Assembly: GCA_951406725.2 (NCBI GenBank)
Contig: OX597817.1
Span: 19,716,001-19,780,000, forward strand
Origin: Octopus vulgaris
Lineage: Eukaryota
Length of the DNA: 64,000 bases
Reading direction: 5' to 3'
Below, piece by piece: positions 25,015 to 38,914 of this stretch. Both the position numbers and the translations under genes were made by a program. Numbering within the stretch: the stretch's first letter is position 1; every line of letters starts with the position of its first letter. The notes under the pieces were generated by a model. That model saw nothing but the letters and a program-made list of their open reading frames with translations. It was not told where the DNA came from and made no database searches.

Positions 25015-27929
25015 CAGGTAAATAAGTAGGTAGGTATTTATCCGCAATATTGTTTTCGCTGTTAACAATATTTCATGAATTCGTTACATATTCTTTGGAT
25101 GATTACAGCTCCTTGACCTAAGATTAAGTCGAGTTTACGTCACTTTATATGAGACTAGATACTTGCTGTTGAGAGACTGTCAATGCTATATGACATTGCA
25201 TTCATCATTTTGTTTAATGCTTAATGCCATATCTTACTTTTTTAACGTGTACCGTTTCAGTATTTTTTATATGTGTCGCATACATTAAATTTATGTTTCT
25301 TTTCTCTGTTTGTAATGCTACCATGTGTATTCTTTTTGGCTCATAACAGTTCCACATAAGATGTAAATGGTATTTACTTACTGATACGTATCAGGTGTCT
25401 ATGTATATTGCGTCATATGATGCTTGTCATTGTAAAAAGCAAATGTCTGTTGTTTACTATTTCCCTCGAAAACAATCGCACTTGTAAATGACAATATTGA
25501 TGTCTAAAGGTTTCATAAAAGGGGATGAAGTTTTTATTTTCACGTTTATACTGTGCTTTAAATGTTAGTTTATGTTAGGATTAAATGTATTTTATTCATG
25601 TAATACATTGTATGTGTGGTATAGATTTAGTTGGAGTAGGGAAACATAAATCTACTTTGCAGTTGGTTGATCAGCTTTATTGTTTCTATATCTGCTGTTG
25701 ATTAACTTTTATTTTATTCTGTAAGCTGCTTCCTTTCTGGAAGTGATACAAACTGCTATTCTAAGTTAAGATTATTGCTCTATAAATATGTTGACAGTCT
25801 AAATAAAAGTCAATACGAGTTCATCCATGTTGCCTCGAAAAGAAACGAAAAATACAATTGTATAGAAAAGGAACAGAAATACGATATGTATATCTTACAC
25901 ACAATGTATCATCAAAGATGTTACCAGAATATTTGCATTTAAATGAGATACAGGAAATAACACTTACGTAAAATAAAGTTTACATCCCAACTGACTGTCA
26001 GTTTGAATAAAATATGTTCTAAAAGTAAAATTTAAAAGAGAGACATTGAAATAGATCATTAAAACTTTAGTATAAATAACAATACTATAAAGGACCTAAT
26101 GAAAACAACTGAAAAGAAGTGCAAAACACTATGAAAGTAAAAGATTTTGAGAAAGTAATTCACGAGGGTAATTAGAAAAATGAAAGTTTGAAACATAAAT
26201 CTCAAATCAACATAATGAAACCGTAGAATCCGTAACAGCATAAATGAGAACGAAGTGGGGCTACAAGTTTTCATTCATTCCCTGCTTGGTAATCAACATC
26301 ATCTGCCTCTACATGAAGGCATACTGGATTCTGTAACAAATTATATGTAGTGACACTTAAACCATATATCGTGGGAAGTAAACTTACTGTTTATAAGCTG
26401 GAACTTATAACCAACTACAGGCGGTAAACTCACACAAGATGTGTGCAAATGTAATAAACAGAATTTCGATTGCAATCGATCGTAAGTTCGTTAAATCAGG
26501 AGTGAAAAGAGAAAATGCTTCCAAACTGTAATGATAATTCAAGTTTTTAAAATAACAAGTGAATAAAAGATGTTATTAAAAATTTGTGATAGTTGTATAG
26601 AAACAATTAGTTACATTTTTTCACAGTCTTCTCTCTTAACTAAAAGACACATGTGTACGTGAATATAACAAAGTTTGAAATTGCATATTTCCAGAATTAG
26701 GCCAGTAATATGAAATACTGAAATGAGGGTATACATATGAATTGGAATAAAGTCTCAGAATGGCATACTGGAATATGCTGATCGATACAGAGCCGACAAT
26801 ACATAATTTTTAAAGATCAGTAGAAAAATGACACCTGATCGGAGTATCGGTCACACCATATAATAATGGCGGTATTAAATGACTTAGCACAACCGTTTGG
26901 ATATTGATTGTTCGGCGCAGCTCTTTGTGTATAGCGCCTGTTTTGGTGATAGTACTTTCTGGCTCTGGAGTGAAACAAACACACAAACCACACGCACGTA
27001 CATACATATATACATACTCATACGTATACACACATAAGTACAAACACGCACGCACACACGCACACATGCACACACGCACACATGCACACACGCACACATA
27101 AAGCCCGTGCGCTCAGTGATACAGAGATTTTAGAAAGAGTGAGAGGGAGACGGACATTAAAATTTAGCAACTGAGCATATTGGCATAAACTCTTCCATTC
27201 TTTTTCATACTCACAGAGAAATATGTTCACGCATATAAACAGAGGGAGGAGAGAGAAGGAGAGAGAGAGAGACAAAATGTGAGAACACGGGAATAAGAGA
27301 GAGGGGGAGGAAAAGAATTAGAGAACCATCAAAGCACCTGATGTAAAATAAATCACCATTGAATGAATGAGACTAAATAAGAGATGCCAAAACAGCTGTG
27401 CCACAACGTCTCATACGCTAGTATTCTTCTCTAATATAATTCGGAAGAATTATCTAGATATATTAATAAGTAGAAAGCAAAATACACCAACATTTGTTTG
27501 AAAACAGGAGCAGTAAAACGTGAAAGTACATTCTGTATCAAGATAAAAGCAATATGCACTGATATATATATAACCTAAACGCTGGAATATATTTTATGTA
27601 CATTACTTTAATTATCAATATTGCAAACAGAATCAAATATAAAGTTCCATTGATCTGCATGAAAAAGGGAAATGCGTCAAGTTTTCTGTAAAATCCAAAA
27701 GAATGTGTATACTGATTTGAAAATTTGATTTGAACTCAATGCGATTACACTGATAGCGCGACTGTACCCCCAGATGATTACTTTCACTGTACCTCTTGCA
27801 CTGCCGTCTACATACTCCGGCTCAAAACGAATCAAAATTTCCGAGTTAGGCGAAGAATAAATAATCACTTCAGTTCATCAATACCAAATATGTCTGAAAC
27901 AGATCTAGTGCAATAGAATCCATCTGTTG

Positions 27930-27979
<50 letters not shown>

Positions 27980-28128
27980 TAAATATTAGGGAATAAATCC
28001 AAATTTACAGGAAAAAATCAGATTTAGGATTAAATCCAATTTTATAGTAAAATATTATAAAATATTATTAGAGACAAAACCACTATTTTGCAAAACAAAC
28101 AAGGAAAGACAAATAGTCAAAAAAACCG

Positions 28129-28170
28129 CCACTACAATTGTTTCTGTCTTGATCGACAATCTTCAGGTGG
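28129..28170 (-). ncRNA. Type I hammerhead ribozyme, mirror copy
   Basis: Reverse complement of 28217-28259, lacking one A in helix II. Confidence 0.75.
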
Positions 28171-28216
28171 ACTTCCAATAAGTCAGTTTCAAATTTGAAA
28201 CTGACTTATTGGAAGT

Positions 28217-28259
28217 CCACCTGAAGATTGTCGATCAAGACAAGAAACAATTGTAGTGG
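28217..28259 (+). ncRNA. Minimal type I hammerhead ribozyme
   Basis: CCAC-CTGAAGA-TTGTC gatcaa GACAA-GAAA-CAATTG-TA-GTGG. 4-bp helix I, 5-bp helix II, palindromic helix III (ACAATTGT), GUA triplet. Confidence 0.85.
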
Positions 28260-28341
28260 CGGTTTTTTTGACTATTTATTAAAATTTTATGTATTGATTA
28301 AGTCTTTCCTTGTTTGTTTTGCAAAATAGTGGTTTTTCTCT

Positions 28342-28433
<92 letters not shown>

Positions 28434-28444
28434 GTATATATATT

Positions 28445-28931
28445 ATTTAGGACAAACAGTATGTTGTCATTATAGTACTGGGAGTTTCGGATGTCGGAGC
28501 GAAGAGCTACGATGCATTCTCGTCGGCTATTGATGACAATAGGCGCTATGAAAAACGTTGAATAAAAGGGAAGTAATTCTAACAAGTAGAAAAAAAAAAG
28601 AAAACGGAGAAAAAATACACGCAACCATGTTTGTGTGAGTGTGTACGTGTGTAGACGTTATGAACGCAGGAGGTATTATGTTTATATATTGTGAGAATAT
28701 TTTCATCTTTGTTTTCTTTTTAATACATATTTGAGTAACTTCCCTTTTATTTAACAGTTTTTCATAGCTTCTGTTGCCATTAATAGCCGACGAAAAGGAA
28801 TCGTAGCTCTTCGCTCCGATATTCGAAACTCCGAGTACTATAATTACAACTTACTGTTTGTCCTAAATTATAAATATACATATCTACATAATCCTCTATT
28901 TACCTAATATCGAGGTCTCATTATTTCGTTG

Positions 28932-28935
<4 letters not shown>
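28445..28935. mobile_element. Diverged inverted-repeat element (arms ~28445-28575 and ~28737-28868) with CCGACGA hammerhead-like motifs; related to the 7.3-kb element
   Basis: The arms are reverse complements with scattered substitutions. The tail cctctatttacctaatatcgaggtctc (~28893) matches cctcaatttacataatattgaggtctc (~7425). Confidence 0.8.
28783..28841 (+). ncRNA. Hammerhead-like motif with CCGACGA core (mirror copy on - strand at 28472-28530)
   Basis: ATAG-CCGACGA-[helix II with tcg/cga and agc/gct]-GAAA-CTC c GAG-TA-CTAT; GUA triplet. Confidence 0.6.

Positions 28936-28983
<48 letters not shown>
28936..28983. repeat. (ATT)n microsatellite
   Basis: Seen directly. Confidence 0.95.
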
Positions 28984-28985
<2 letters not shown>

Positions 28986-31212
28986 TCATAATACTTGAAA
29001 CAGCTTATGCTCAAAATAGATCTTTCAGAATATCAAAATATACCGCTTCATTTAATAAACATAATGTAAATAAAATAGAAATCTATATCGAAACTATGAG
29101 ACAAGTATATTCTGAATGCTTCCCTCATTCTGCGCCCCGATGAACCCGGAATTGCACCGAAAAGTGATATACAATCTATGGATAATAGACAAATTATAGC
29201 GTAAAATATAATACAAACCGTAACACATTTGCGAAATCACAGGAAATATAAAATATGCCATAATAAATCAACGAAAAGAGAATCAGACCTTTTACAAACT
29301 CAACTGCACTCGCAAACGCAAACACGCCGGCGTGTGCGCACGCACAGGGATACGTACTCGCACACAACGCTCATACACGCAATCACAAACGTACACATGT
29401 TCACACGTTCATACATGCACGCACATAAATAAATAATGCCTTCAGAAACAAACGAAATTTATGTCACATATCGTTGCTTATATAAGCTGTTACAAGTGTA
29501 TAAATATAACACAAGAGAAAAAGCTACTAACAGATGCGTTTTCAAACACAGTAAGAGTGTGCCTGAACCTGAGAGAATAGCACATGCAAGAGAAAAAAAA
29601 AACATGCTCTAAAAAAATCAAAGAATTCTGAGAAAAAAATATAAAATTATAAAAGTGAACGTACATTCTCTATCGCGCCGCTGACAATTAACAGAATAAG
29701 AACACGCAATACAGCGGATTAATCATCGTGAATAATCTGTCAAGTATCGGATATTAACGAAATAATATTGACGCTAATAAATTCAATATGAATCAAGAGA
29801 GATAAATGTCCATCTTAACGATACAAAACGCTTCTATGTGTAACACTATAACAATAGCTAAAAACACATAGTTCCACATGAGAAAAAGAAAATCAAATTT
29901 TTTTTCCACTGACTCATAACCTAACATCAAGCTGTATCACTTAATGTGCACAGTAGCTATACCATTATTGAGGAAAAACAGATTGGGTCTTAATAGAGCT
30001 GAATGCTCGCCAGACAAACAAACCTACAAGAGGAGTGCAGAAAGAAAACATAAGACTAAAGAAAAGCAACACACATATAAGAAAACTTGAAGCAGAAGCA
30101 GTAGTTATAATGGAAGAAATAGAGAAACACATTCTTAAATAAAATTGTAATATCACATGAATAAGTATCGTGGATTTAAAAGGAATATATAAGCACATCC
30201 CTTTCATAAACTAATTCTAAACAGGGTGTTTTGGACACCATATATACGAACTTCCCGAGAATACATTATTTGAAATACCAACTGCTTCTATAGTGATGTG
30301 AATGTATCAACAGCAAAAGGAATAAAAATATTTTGGAAGAAAAGTGAGAACAAAATTCAAACCAAGAACAGAGATTAGTTTAGAAATGAAAGACATGGGA
30401 ACAAAATAAAGAATACCAAATATTTATCACAAACACAATAATGGCTACCAGAATCAGGAAATCGTCTAAAATAGATAAAGTTTCAAAACTCTATCTAAAA
30501 CAAGTAAGGAGAATCCCTGAAAATCTAGTTGTAGCATCTAATGAATTACTCAACAGGTCATAATCCATCCCTAAATGTGTTGAAGAGGGAAAACAGCATT
30601 GATCCCTGGGGTAAAACATAAAATATAAAACAAACAAACATAAGAAACTCAGAATTATATATGTGGAAGCGTGCGTATGTGTGTGTATGTGCGTGCGTGT
30701 AAATGACATATATTTATGCTATGCAACAATTTGGATCTTCGGTTAAGAAGTCATATAATATAAGCAAAAGAGTGTGTCGTAAAACGTTCATATCAATAAA
30801 ACAAAATCACTCGTTGCTGACTTGAGCAATCACTGAAAACAAGAACTAACATCTGATAAACTGAATGACATTTAATGACAAAATAAACATTTGGATATTG
30901 AAAACAGCGCATATGTATAAAGTACCTCTAATATATATGAAAAAAGTGTTATATATCAATGGTGCCTTTTAAATATGGAAATCAAATATATCTTTGCAAG
31001 CGAGGAAAAATGATTAACACCAACTCTTTATCCCGAAGACAGGAGGCTTTTCAGGGAAATGTCTTATCCTCAGAATCCATTAGCACTACTGATTGTGAAT
31101 AATAATATTTACGGTTTTTAAATATATGAATGTATTATAAACAATCTCCTCAATATTGCTGGTTTAAATCTACTTACAAAGGCCAATATCTAGATGGAAG
31201 CTCTATATACAT

Positions 31213-31460
31213 CCATCCTATTTATATAAAAAACAGAGTTTGTGTGTGGATGTGTCTGTGTGCGGAGCGTATGTTTCGTATGTATTAGAAAGCTGAGTTG
31301 CCGATTTTGACGTATGGGGTTTCAAAAGATTCAGTAATTTGTCTGCTACCAAATGAAGTATGTGTTTTGTACACAACTCATTTTTACTACAAAAATAACC
31401 TCGAAAACGAAGACGGGTTGCACAATTCTGAGGACATTTTCGGGCAATATTTGTATTTAC
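31213..31460 (+). mobile_element. Possible 5' end of a non-autonomous Helitron
   Basis: tcctatttatataaaaaacagagtttgtgtgt..gtctgtg..ccgattttgac resembles Helitron 5' ends and the start of the 50.3-kb element. No 3' end located. Confidence 0.3.
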
Positions 31461-34400
31461 TTCTAATCTACGTTGCGAATGTTAATTTGTTTGGTGTCCA
31501 AAATGCAGCAATGTAGGCAGCGGTTTAACAATGTGTTACGAAAAAGGAAAACTATAACTGTCTATCAATTCCAAGGAGTCTCCAAATTAAATTTTGATTG
31601 AATTCTTGTTCACCACCTGAGCAGTTGACAGTATATCCTGTTCTACGTTAAAGAACTGCAGTAGACATAGAAGTCATATGTGTATAAATCTCCTCTTTGG
31701 TTTTGTGCCTACACCATGAAATTTTGAGGCTTCACGATAAATATTGTGTGTGTGTGTTATCATAGTTGAATTTCAGGATTATTCCTCCTAATCCATGTTT
31801 CGAGAACGCTCCTCACGCGTAATTTGAAGTGGCCCACCTTTGCTAACTTTGGAAAACCACTTTACTTTCTCAAAGGCTTTGACGCTTGATGTGAAACTCC
31901 AGACTTATAACTTGCATATTAGAAAGCTATTCTTACTCTCAGCAACATAAACGTAAAGGTAATTAATTCATGATGTAAAAGAAACTCTTCTGTAGTAATT
32001 GCGACTCAAATGATGAATATTTTTCAGTATTAGACACCGTGTGTAATTATTTAACATGTTATGGATATATCACCAACATCCCTCATAAATATATATACAC
32101 TAATTCCAACATGACAAAATTTAAATAGAATTAAGTCTAGTTAACAATTGAAAGAGTATAGAACTTTCTGAAAAATATCACATACCATATACAACTTGTC
32201 TGAGATACTATATAAAATATAACTTTTATACAATAACTAATGGACATTAGAACTATTTAAAAAAAATAATGCTTACCTTCTTCCTTTCTTTGTGGATGAT
32301 CTTGCACTTACATTTGGCTACTCGTCAGGGATTATATCATCGTTGCTTTATTAAATTAAGAAACATATGATATATATTTATAAATTAAACCAAGAAGTAA
32401 TATTTCCTGATATGGAAGACAGCTTTATGCCACAGAGAAAGAAAGAAAGACAGGCAACTTCCCGTAATCATGATTCCTAGTTGACGCTAATTAATACCTA
32501 TAACTCTAACACCATAAAAAAATGGCACAACACCATACTTTCTTCCAATGTAAATATTTAGATCTTAGCAATAGAGAGTTACAACAGTTTTCTGATTTAC
32601 AAACCAGGATGCGCTTTGTTTAATATAGGGCCTTTATAAATGACCGGTGATTCATATTTACCCGAATTATTAATTGTTGTTAATTTACTGGCTCATTTAG
32701 ATAACTATCTTTGGCAAGAAGTGCAATATAGCCCCTAAAGCACAGAAATCCGTAGATCTTCATAGAACCCCGAAGTCATATTTAGACAAATGAATAATCG
32801 TAGCTCTTGCAAAACGAACATATATAGAATTTCCAGATAGAAACGTAGCCTTAGAATGTCGCTCCTCTTTAAATTCTACTTATATAGATACTGGGTAAAT
32901 AATTGTACCTATCTAGATGCTATGTCAATACTATACCATTCTACGAATGGTATTCAGTAGGACATTATTTTGTGAAGTTTCGGGCCATAAAAAGAAATCA
33001 TATAAAAACCTCATAAAAATGAAACGTCTGTTATGGATGTTAAGTTGCAAAGGAGACGATTTTAGTATGGCGATTGTTTGGTAGTACTGTCATTTTTTTT
33101 TATGTTTACTTTATACACATTCTGAAATTATCCAACGAACCATTTTATAAACAATGCTATAGCAAAGTTGTCAAAAACGACACTTCACAGAAACAAATGA
33201 ATATGTCTTGGCTTCATCTTCGCAGAAATAGAATGCAGGCAATATGAACCTACCCCAAAAATGTATCCTTTATTTTGTTATTAATATGCTTCTCAAACAA
33301 AGTACCAATTTTTTCATTAGCATCTGGGTGACTAGTTGTCAAGTGTTTGTGGCTATAATTATCTCTGATGATTACAATTATTCATGGAAAAATCAGCATT
33401 GACGGGAAATGAGCTATAGAAGTAATACGTGCGCTTGCATCGGTTTATACAGCAATTTTATATGAAAATTGCCTTCCAATTCACTAGGGTCTCGTAATGT
33501 CCACATGACTAAAATAATAAACTAACATTCTTGTGAAATAGAAAGGTTTTCCAAATACTTGAAATAGAAAATCCAGAGCTGTGGATCTGTGTAAGGAAAA
33601 GAATTCCAGTGTGCTGGTTTCTTCTGCAGGTAGAAATGGTTACATCGGCTTCTGACGGACTTAAAATGGGGTAGAAAATACAATAAACGTACGCGACGGT
33701 ACATCTGAGTGGATGGTGAATACAAATAGATAATTTCGAGAAATAAATGATATTGTGAGACCGATGGAAAAGTCGGAAAAAGGGAAAGTTCTATCTATGG
33801 ACTACAGTGTGCAGTGTGCTGGTCAACAAATCATTGTTAATTCTCGAAATGATATAATTTGATGTGGTTGTGCATGGCGTTGCCTTTAACAACAGTGCTG
33901 TCCCAGAAAGGTTGTGTATCGCAAACAAAAAATTACATTTCTGATGGGGTGTTTGCTAGTTTTTTTAATGTGATTAAAAAAAATTTCTGGATATGAGATA
34001 CTTGGTTCATATAATCATTTACTGCGTGATTTAATTCGATATCAACCAACACTAGATAGGATAGGACGAGAAAGAGTTTCACCAACAATTTTATTGTTTG
34101 TGTTTGTTTCAAAAATGGGGTTGCTGCATGTCTATCGAATTATGTATTGCAAGATGTGGATAAGAGATATCGAATATGTGTGATAAACTTTAAAAACGGG
34201 ATAAAGTGTATAAACGTTTCTATAGCAAAACATTTTGTTTGAGATAAAAAATAAGGTCATTAACTCATTTGTTGCGAGAAAAAACTTTTTTTATATTTTT
34301 GACTTTCCTGGAACTTTGTTTAAGGGTTACATTAAACACCAGTTACATTGATTTGAACCCAGAAATGTAAAATTCAAAATACATTCTTAAATAAACACAG

Positions 34401-34574
34401 GTGCCATATGACACCGCTAGGGTAATCAAATGTATAATATGTTCCTCTTTTCTGGCAGTGAAAATAACGAAAAGAAATGTGATACATTTTATGGTAATTA
34501 TTATTGATAAGGAAACAATGCTTCTTTATCGTATACTTCATTTATTATGAGTTAATTACGACAGTAACATTATT

Positions 34575-36335
34575 TTTTATGATAATCTGCAAAAAACGTG
34601 ATACGGAATCCCACATTACATTTTTCAATTTCCGCTAGAGTCTATGATTCACAAAATTCTCTCTGATATTTGCGTTGCTTGTTCCCAGCTACTGGTCGCA
34701 CGTAATGTTTAGAACCATTGTATCACATATCAGAATCTCCTGTGCATGATTTCCTTTTTTTTATTGCCGGAACTATTTGGCTCAAACTGAAATCTTGTCA
34801 AGTATGACATGACAACTGCTCTTCTGAAGTCTAGTCGATCTAATGCAGAAGACTTTTCCTCGGGCTAAAGTCCAAGCATTTCGAATGGAAACATCTACTG
34901 TTCAAGTGAAAAACTCAACCACTATTTCCCCACGTATGCCAATGCAATACGCGTTGATGTTTTGGTCCAGTTGATCGGTTCCTCTCCAGTTCCTATTGTA
35001 ATTATAAACTGCCTGAGGAATTGGTACCTCTATGTACTTGGACTCCTCCTTGGGTCAGCGCTTGACATTGTTAACAGGGTTCTCCCCATGAATGGTGGAT
35101 CCTACTGTCACAACAGCGTCATCCTTCTTTCTATCTAGTGATGTTTTCATCATTGGATTCCAGGACTCCGGTGACAATCTCTGAATAACTTCGTTCTGTT
35201 TTATTTTTTATCAAAACAGCGTACAGAAGAAATAGGACACGAAGTATCTAATTTGTTTGCTCTCAATATATCAGCACAGTTATATCCCAAAGGTTTCAGT
35301 TGATTTAGAAGTGGCACTGATGTGAACAATTATCAAAATATGCATGATAAGGAAGGTGTTTTTTCTTCTCACTATAGGAATCCAGTAAATGAAGTACTGT
35401 TGATGAACACTTTCCATAAGACGATTCTAATTCTACATTTCCACAGTGGGTCTTCCCTTGATAGGGATCAAAGTCTATTAGATATCCTGCAAACGAATTT
35501 TGACACCAGATCTTCTATCCGAAACTTATAGATGTATTGCAAATAGATTGCTTGCAGCTATGCTTGCCAAAATATTCTACCATTGCTTCATCATTGTACT
35601 GGAACACAATCTTCCATAAATTTCTTTTGTAAATGAGAAATGAGCTGTCGTAGATTTGCAAATTTTTCACTTTTATTGTTGCACTGAAGTGTAGACAACG
35701 CATTAAAGCATCAAACCGGTCGCATCTCAGCACTACTGATAGCTTCATTGAGCGTATCGGATGTATGTGACCAATACATATGGTGACGAGGTAATTGATT
35801 ATATCCTGAAACTATGAGAATTGCAAGGAACTCTTCGAATTCATTCAATCATTTATTCATATCAGTCCAATACTTTTTCAGGCAGTATTTTGTCATTTCT
35901 TTAATTGAGAGTTCAATTATATCATTGTCATAGAATAGCTCAAATAATTCCACTTCACTAAAATCCCAGTATTTTGAATAGTAGCATTCAGGAAAATTGG
36001 ATGGCATCACATGTGTTTCGGCGTTTTTCCAAGTAATTCGCCATTTCTGTTTTGTTTCCTGCACCTAAAGCCTGTCAGAACTTGCAGCAGAGCTTCCTGT
36101 GTCAATTTTTTTACCTTTTGTTTTAGTACTTTGTGATTGCAATTCTGCTGGGGCACGAAGCTGGTTGCCTGAGAGATTCTGAGTGTGTTGATTGGTGTCA
36201 GCTTGCTCTAAATTTTCCGAATCCTCATCTGCCAAGTCAGTAAGCTCTAGGGGTTCCATGAAAATATCATATGGGTAGTCATCTTCCTCTTCAGGAATAC
36301 TGAAAATGTCATTCAAAGAAAAGATAGTTTCCTGA
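34575..36335 (-). pseudogene. piggyBac transposase pseudogene (DDE_Tnp_1_7, PGBD2/3-like)
   Basis: IFMEP..DEDS..NLSGNQLRAPAEL, VELFELFYDNDII, LRCDRFDALMRCLHF, DEAMVEYFGKHSCKQ, YHAYFDN.FTSVPLL, YN..RGTDQLDQNI..Y.IGIRGK; all three catalytic Asp contexts are recognisable across stops and frameshifts. Confidence 0.93.
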
Positions 36336-36356
36336 AACAAATACACATTTGTGAAA

Positions 36357-36571
36357 AACTAGAAACTGTAGCACTCGGAAAGTCAAGTAGCATGTCCCCC
36401 TACCCCTATAGCTTGGTTTATACCTGATCACATCCAAAGTCTAATCCTATTGTGAACATTTCATCACAATTCATCCATACATTTTAGAGTTATCTTGCTA
36501 ACAAACATGCAGAGAGTCAGAAGAAAAAACCAACGCCGGCAAAAATAAAACCTCCTTGGCGGAGGTAGTAA
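36357..36571 (-). mobile_element. Helentron-associated (DINE/HINE-like) non-autonomous element nested in the piggyBac
   Basis: Minus strand begins ttactacctccgccaaggaggttttattttt, continues gtttgttagcaagataactctaaaa..ggatgaattgtgatgaaa, and ends ccgagtgc..ttctagtt in a T-rich site. Confidence 0.65.
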
Positions 36572-37197
36572 CACGTATAGTAAGAGAAAACTATGCTTCA
36601 ATGGTTGGATGTCCATGTTCCAAAGAAAAATAAAACAAAAATATATGAAATAACACATATGTACTGCGTATTTCCCAGCGGTGTCATATATAGCACCGTA
36701 AAACAATTCAGGAAAACAAACGTCACAGCAATAGATCTTATACATTATTTTCAATTGTTCGTATCTCTAATGAAGTATTTACATATTATTCTACTGAAAT
36801 ACTAGATATTTTAAACATTTTCCTGAATGAACAATGAAATAGTTACCCACCTGTCATCTCCACAGAGGACGTTTTTTCACATTAGCTGACCAACACACAT
36901 GCTCACTCTCCGAAGGTCGCATCATACATTGTGGCGAGAACCATTCCTTATATGTCCAATACATGCTACATGGAAATTAACTGTTCCTGCATTGTTATAA
37001 AGCTTTTTATATTCAATTTTTGTGGTTCCGTCGTGTTATTCGTGTGAAAACTGCGTTATTTACTTCCAAACAGGAGTATTATCTCTCGACAGCATCAGTC
37101 TCATAATCATTGACCATCGCATGCCGTCTAACAACACGACCATGAATGATTGTTATAGAAAAGAATCATATATGTTTCATAAAAACATACTAATGTA

Positions 37198-37319
37198 TAC
37201 ATGGTTCCGGGTTCAGTCCCACTTCGTGGCATCTTGGGAAAGTGTCTTCTGTTATAGCCCCGGGCCGACCAATGCCTTGTAAGTGGATTTGGTAGACGGA
37301 AACTGAAAGAAGCCCGTCG

Positions 37320-37351
<32 letters not shown>

Positions 37352-37571
37352 TGTGTGCGTTTGTGTGTCTGTGTCTGTCCACCTAGCATTGCTTGACAAC
37401 CGATGCTGGTGTGTTTACGTCCCCATCATTAGCGGTTCGGCAAAAGAGACCGACATAATAAGTACTGGACTTACACAGAATAAGTCCCGGGGTTGATTTG
37501 CTCGACTAAATGGTTGTGCTCCAGCATGGCCGCAGTCAAATGACTGAAACAAGTAAAAGAGTAAAAGAGTA
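37198..37571 (+). mobile_element. SINE family B, 5'-truncated
   Basis: Aligns to 8530-8902, including the internal (TA)n and the (gtaaaaga)n tail. Confidence 0.92.
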
Positions 37572-38914
37572 ATGTGTAATTTAAGGGTTAATGATTTTCT
37601 CTGTTGCTTTTATATTCATCGCTTATTAAAATCCATTCTTGTATGTCATTTTGATGAATCTGTTTATAATGAGATAATGCAGCTATTTTTAGTCGCTTAT
37701 CAGTCGTTTAACAAATTAATCAAAAATACTTTTAGAGCTTGAAGCTAAACGTAAGATGTCTTGCGTAGTCATACCTCAATACGAATAGAATTTCTTAGAA
37801 TCCGGCACGAGGTCTTTACCTTTACTTGTTTATATTTTGAAATAAATTATATATTAGCTTATTAATCTTAAAAATTGTCTTCTGAATGAATGTACTTCTA
37901 TACTCGAAATATTGTTCAAAATATTAAGCCCACGCATAAACGGATTTTCTATTTTTGAACAGGAGACCAAACAAAATTTCACGCACATGGTCACTTAACT
38001 ATGTTTGTATAAGACTGTAGGACACTAGGAAAATACAATATATTTTATACACTTCATATTGTCAGTACATATACCAACGTTATCACATACGTGTTGTCTA
38101 TACATATGCTAACAATATCCTGTTATATGCCTACTGATGTCTTAATGCGCAATCGCTCCAAATGGTTTTATCAATGACATTTACAGAATATATATTCTCA
38201 CTTCTACCTGCACCCAACGTATATGGTATGTTCCACTTCTTAGCACCTTCTGAATCATATCAGAACCGAATTAATTTTACTTCCAAGTAATCTTGCAAGC
38301 TCCCCCGAATACTTTCTCTAGGTCCCACGTTTCTATTCATTATACTCTCTCTATTATATCCCACAGAATTTTTAAACTATCAAATGCACAGCTGCCGTCA
38401 TCCTAAACTCAGCGTTTTTATCGAATATGTTTGCGCTTATGTGTCCCACAATATCTGCTCAGGAGATTCAGAACTGGCTATCCTGTAATACTTCGACACT
38501 TAGAATCTCTTCCTCATGGTTTCCGACAGTTTTCAGAATTTGAATTCCGTTTCTTTATATTTTCTCAACTGACTTATGTCCTGTTCCATTATTCGTTGAT
38601 CATGTGACATAACGAAGCTTGCTCACTTTTAGGATACTGTTGCAACACATTCTTTTATCTAGAACATGTCTACACTACATAAATAATTCATTCCACCTTC
38701 TTTCCATGTGCTACTACTCTACGACAAAAAACAAATTGGTACACGAAATACCTATTCTGCGTGGTGTTGCATATTTAGAAAGCATTTCTCTTTGTTTCAG
38801 ATAGCAACACACTCAGCTGGAAGCATAAAAATACTTCTGTCGATTTCAAACTCTCCATTACCCTACTGATATGATTTCTACTCAGTTACCACAACCGCAC
38901 ATGCCTCTCTTCAC

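Larger units (their letters stand above)
27974..28349. mobile_element. Fold-back hammerhead-bearing element between (TA)n tracts
   Basis: Spacerless palindrome centred at 28193/28194 (inner arms 28111-28277, one indel), with outer arms about 28062-28110 and 28302-28349. (TA)n on both flanks. Confidence 0.85.
34390..37591 (-). mobile_element. Decayed piggyBac transposon (PGBD-like) with nested insertions
   Basis: Contains the transposase relic below. Subterminal inverted repeat ggtgccatatgacaccgctaggg (~34400) vs cccagcggtgtcatatatagcacc (~36674). Candidate end AGGG-TTAA at 37584-37591; the left end is uncertain. Confidence 0.75.

Noticed and set aside
26810-26970. Possible minus-strand host exon after tttgtttcactccag
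   Set aside because: No recognisable protein similarity, no strong donor and no partner exons; would need RNA-seq.
29950-30600. Purine-rich block that may be an old LINE remnant
   Set aside because: No diagnostic motif could be read in any frame.
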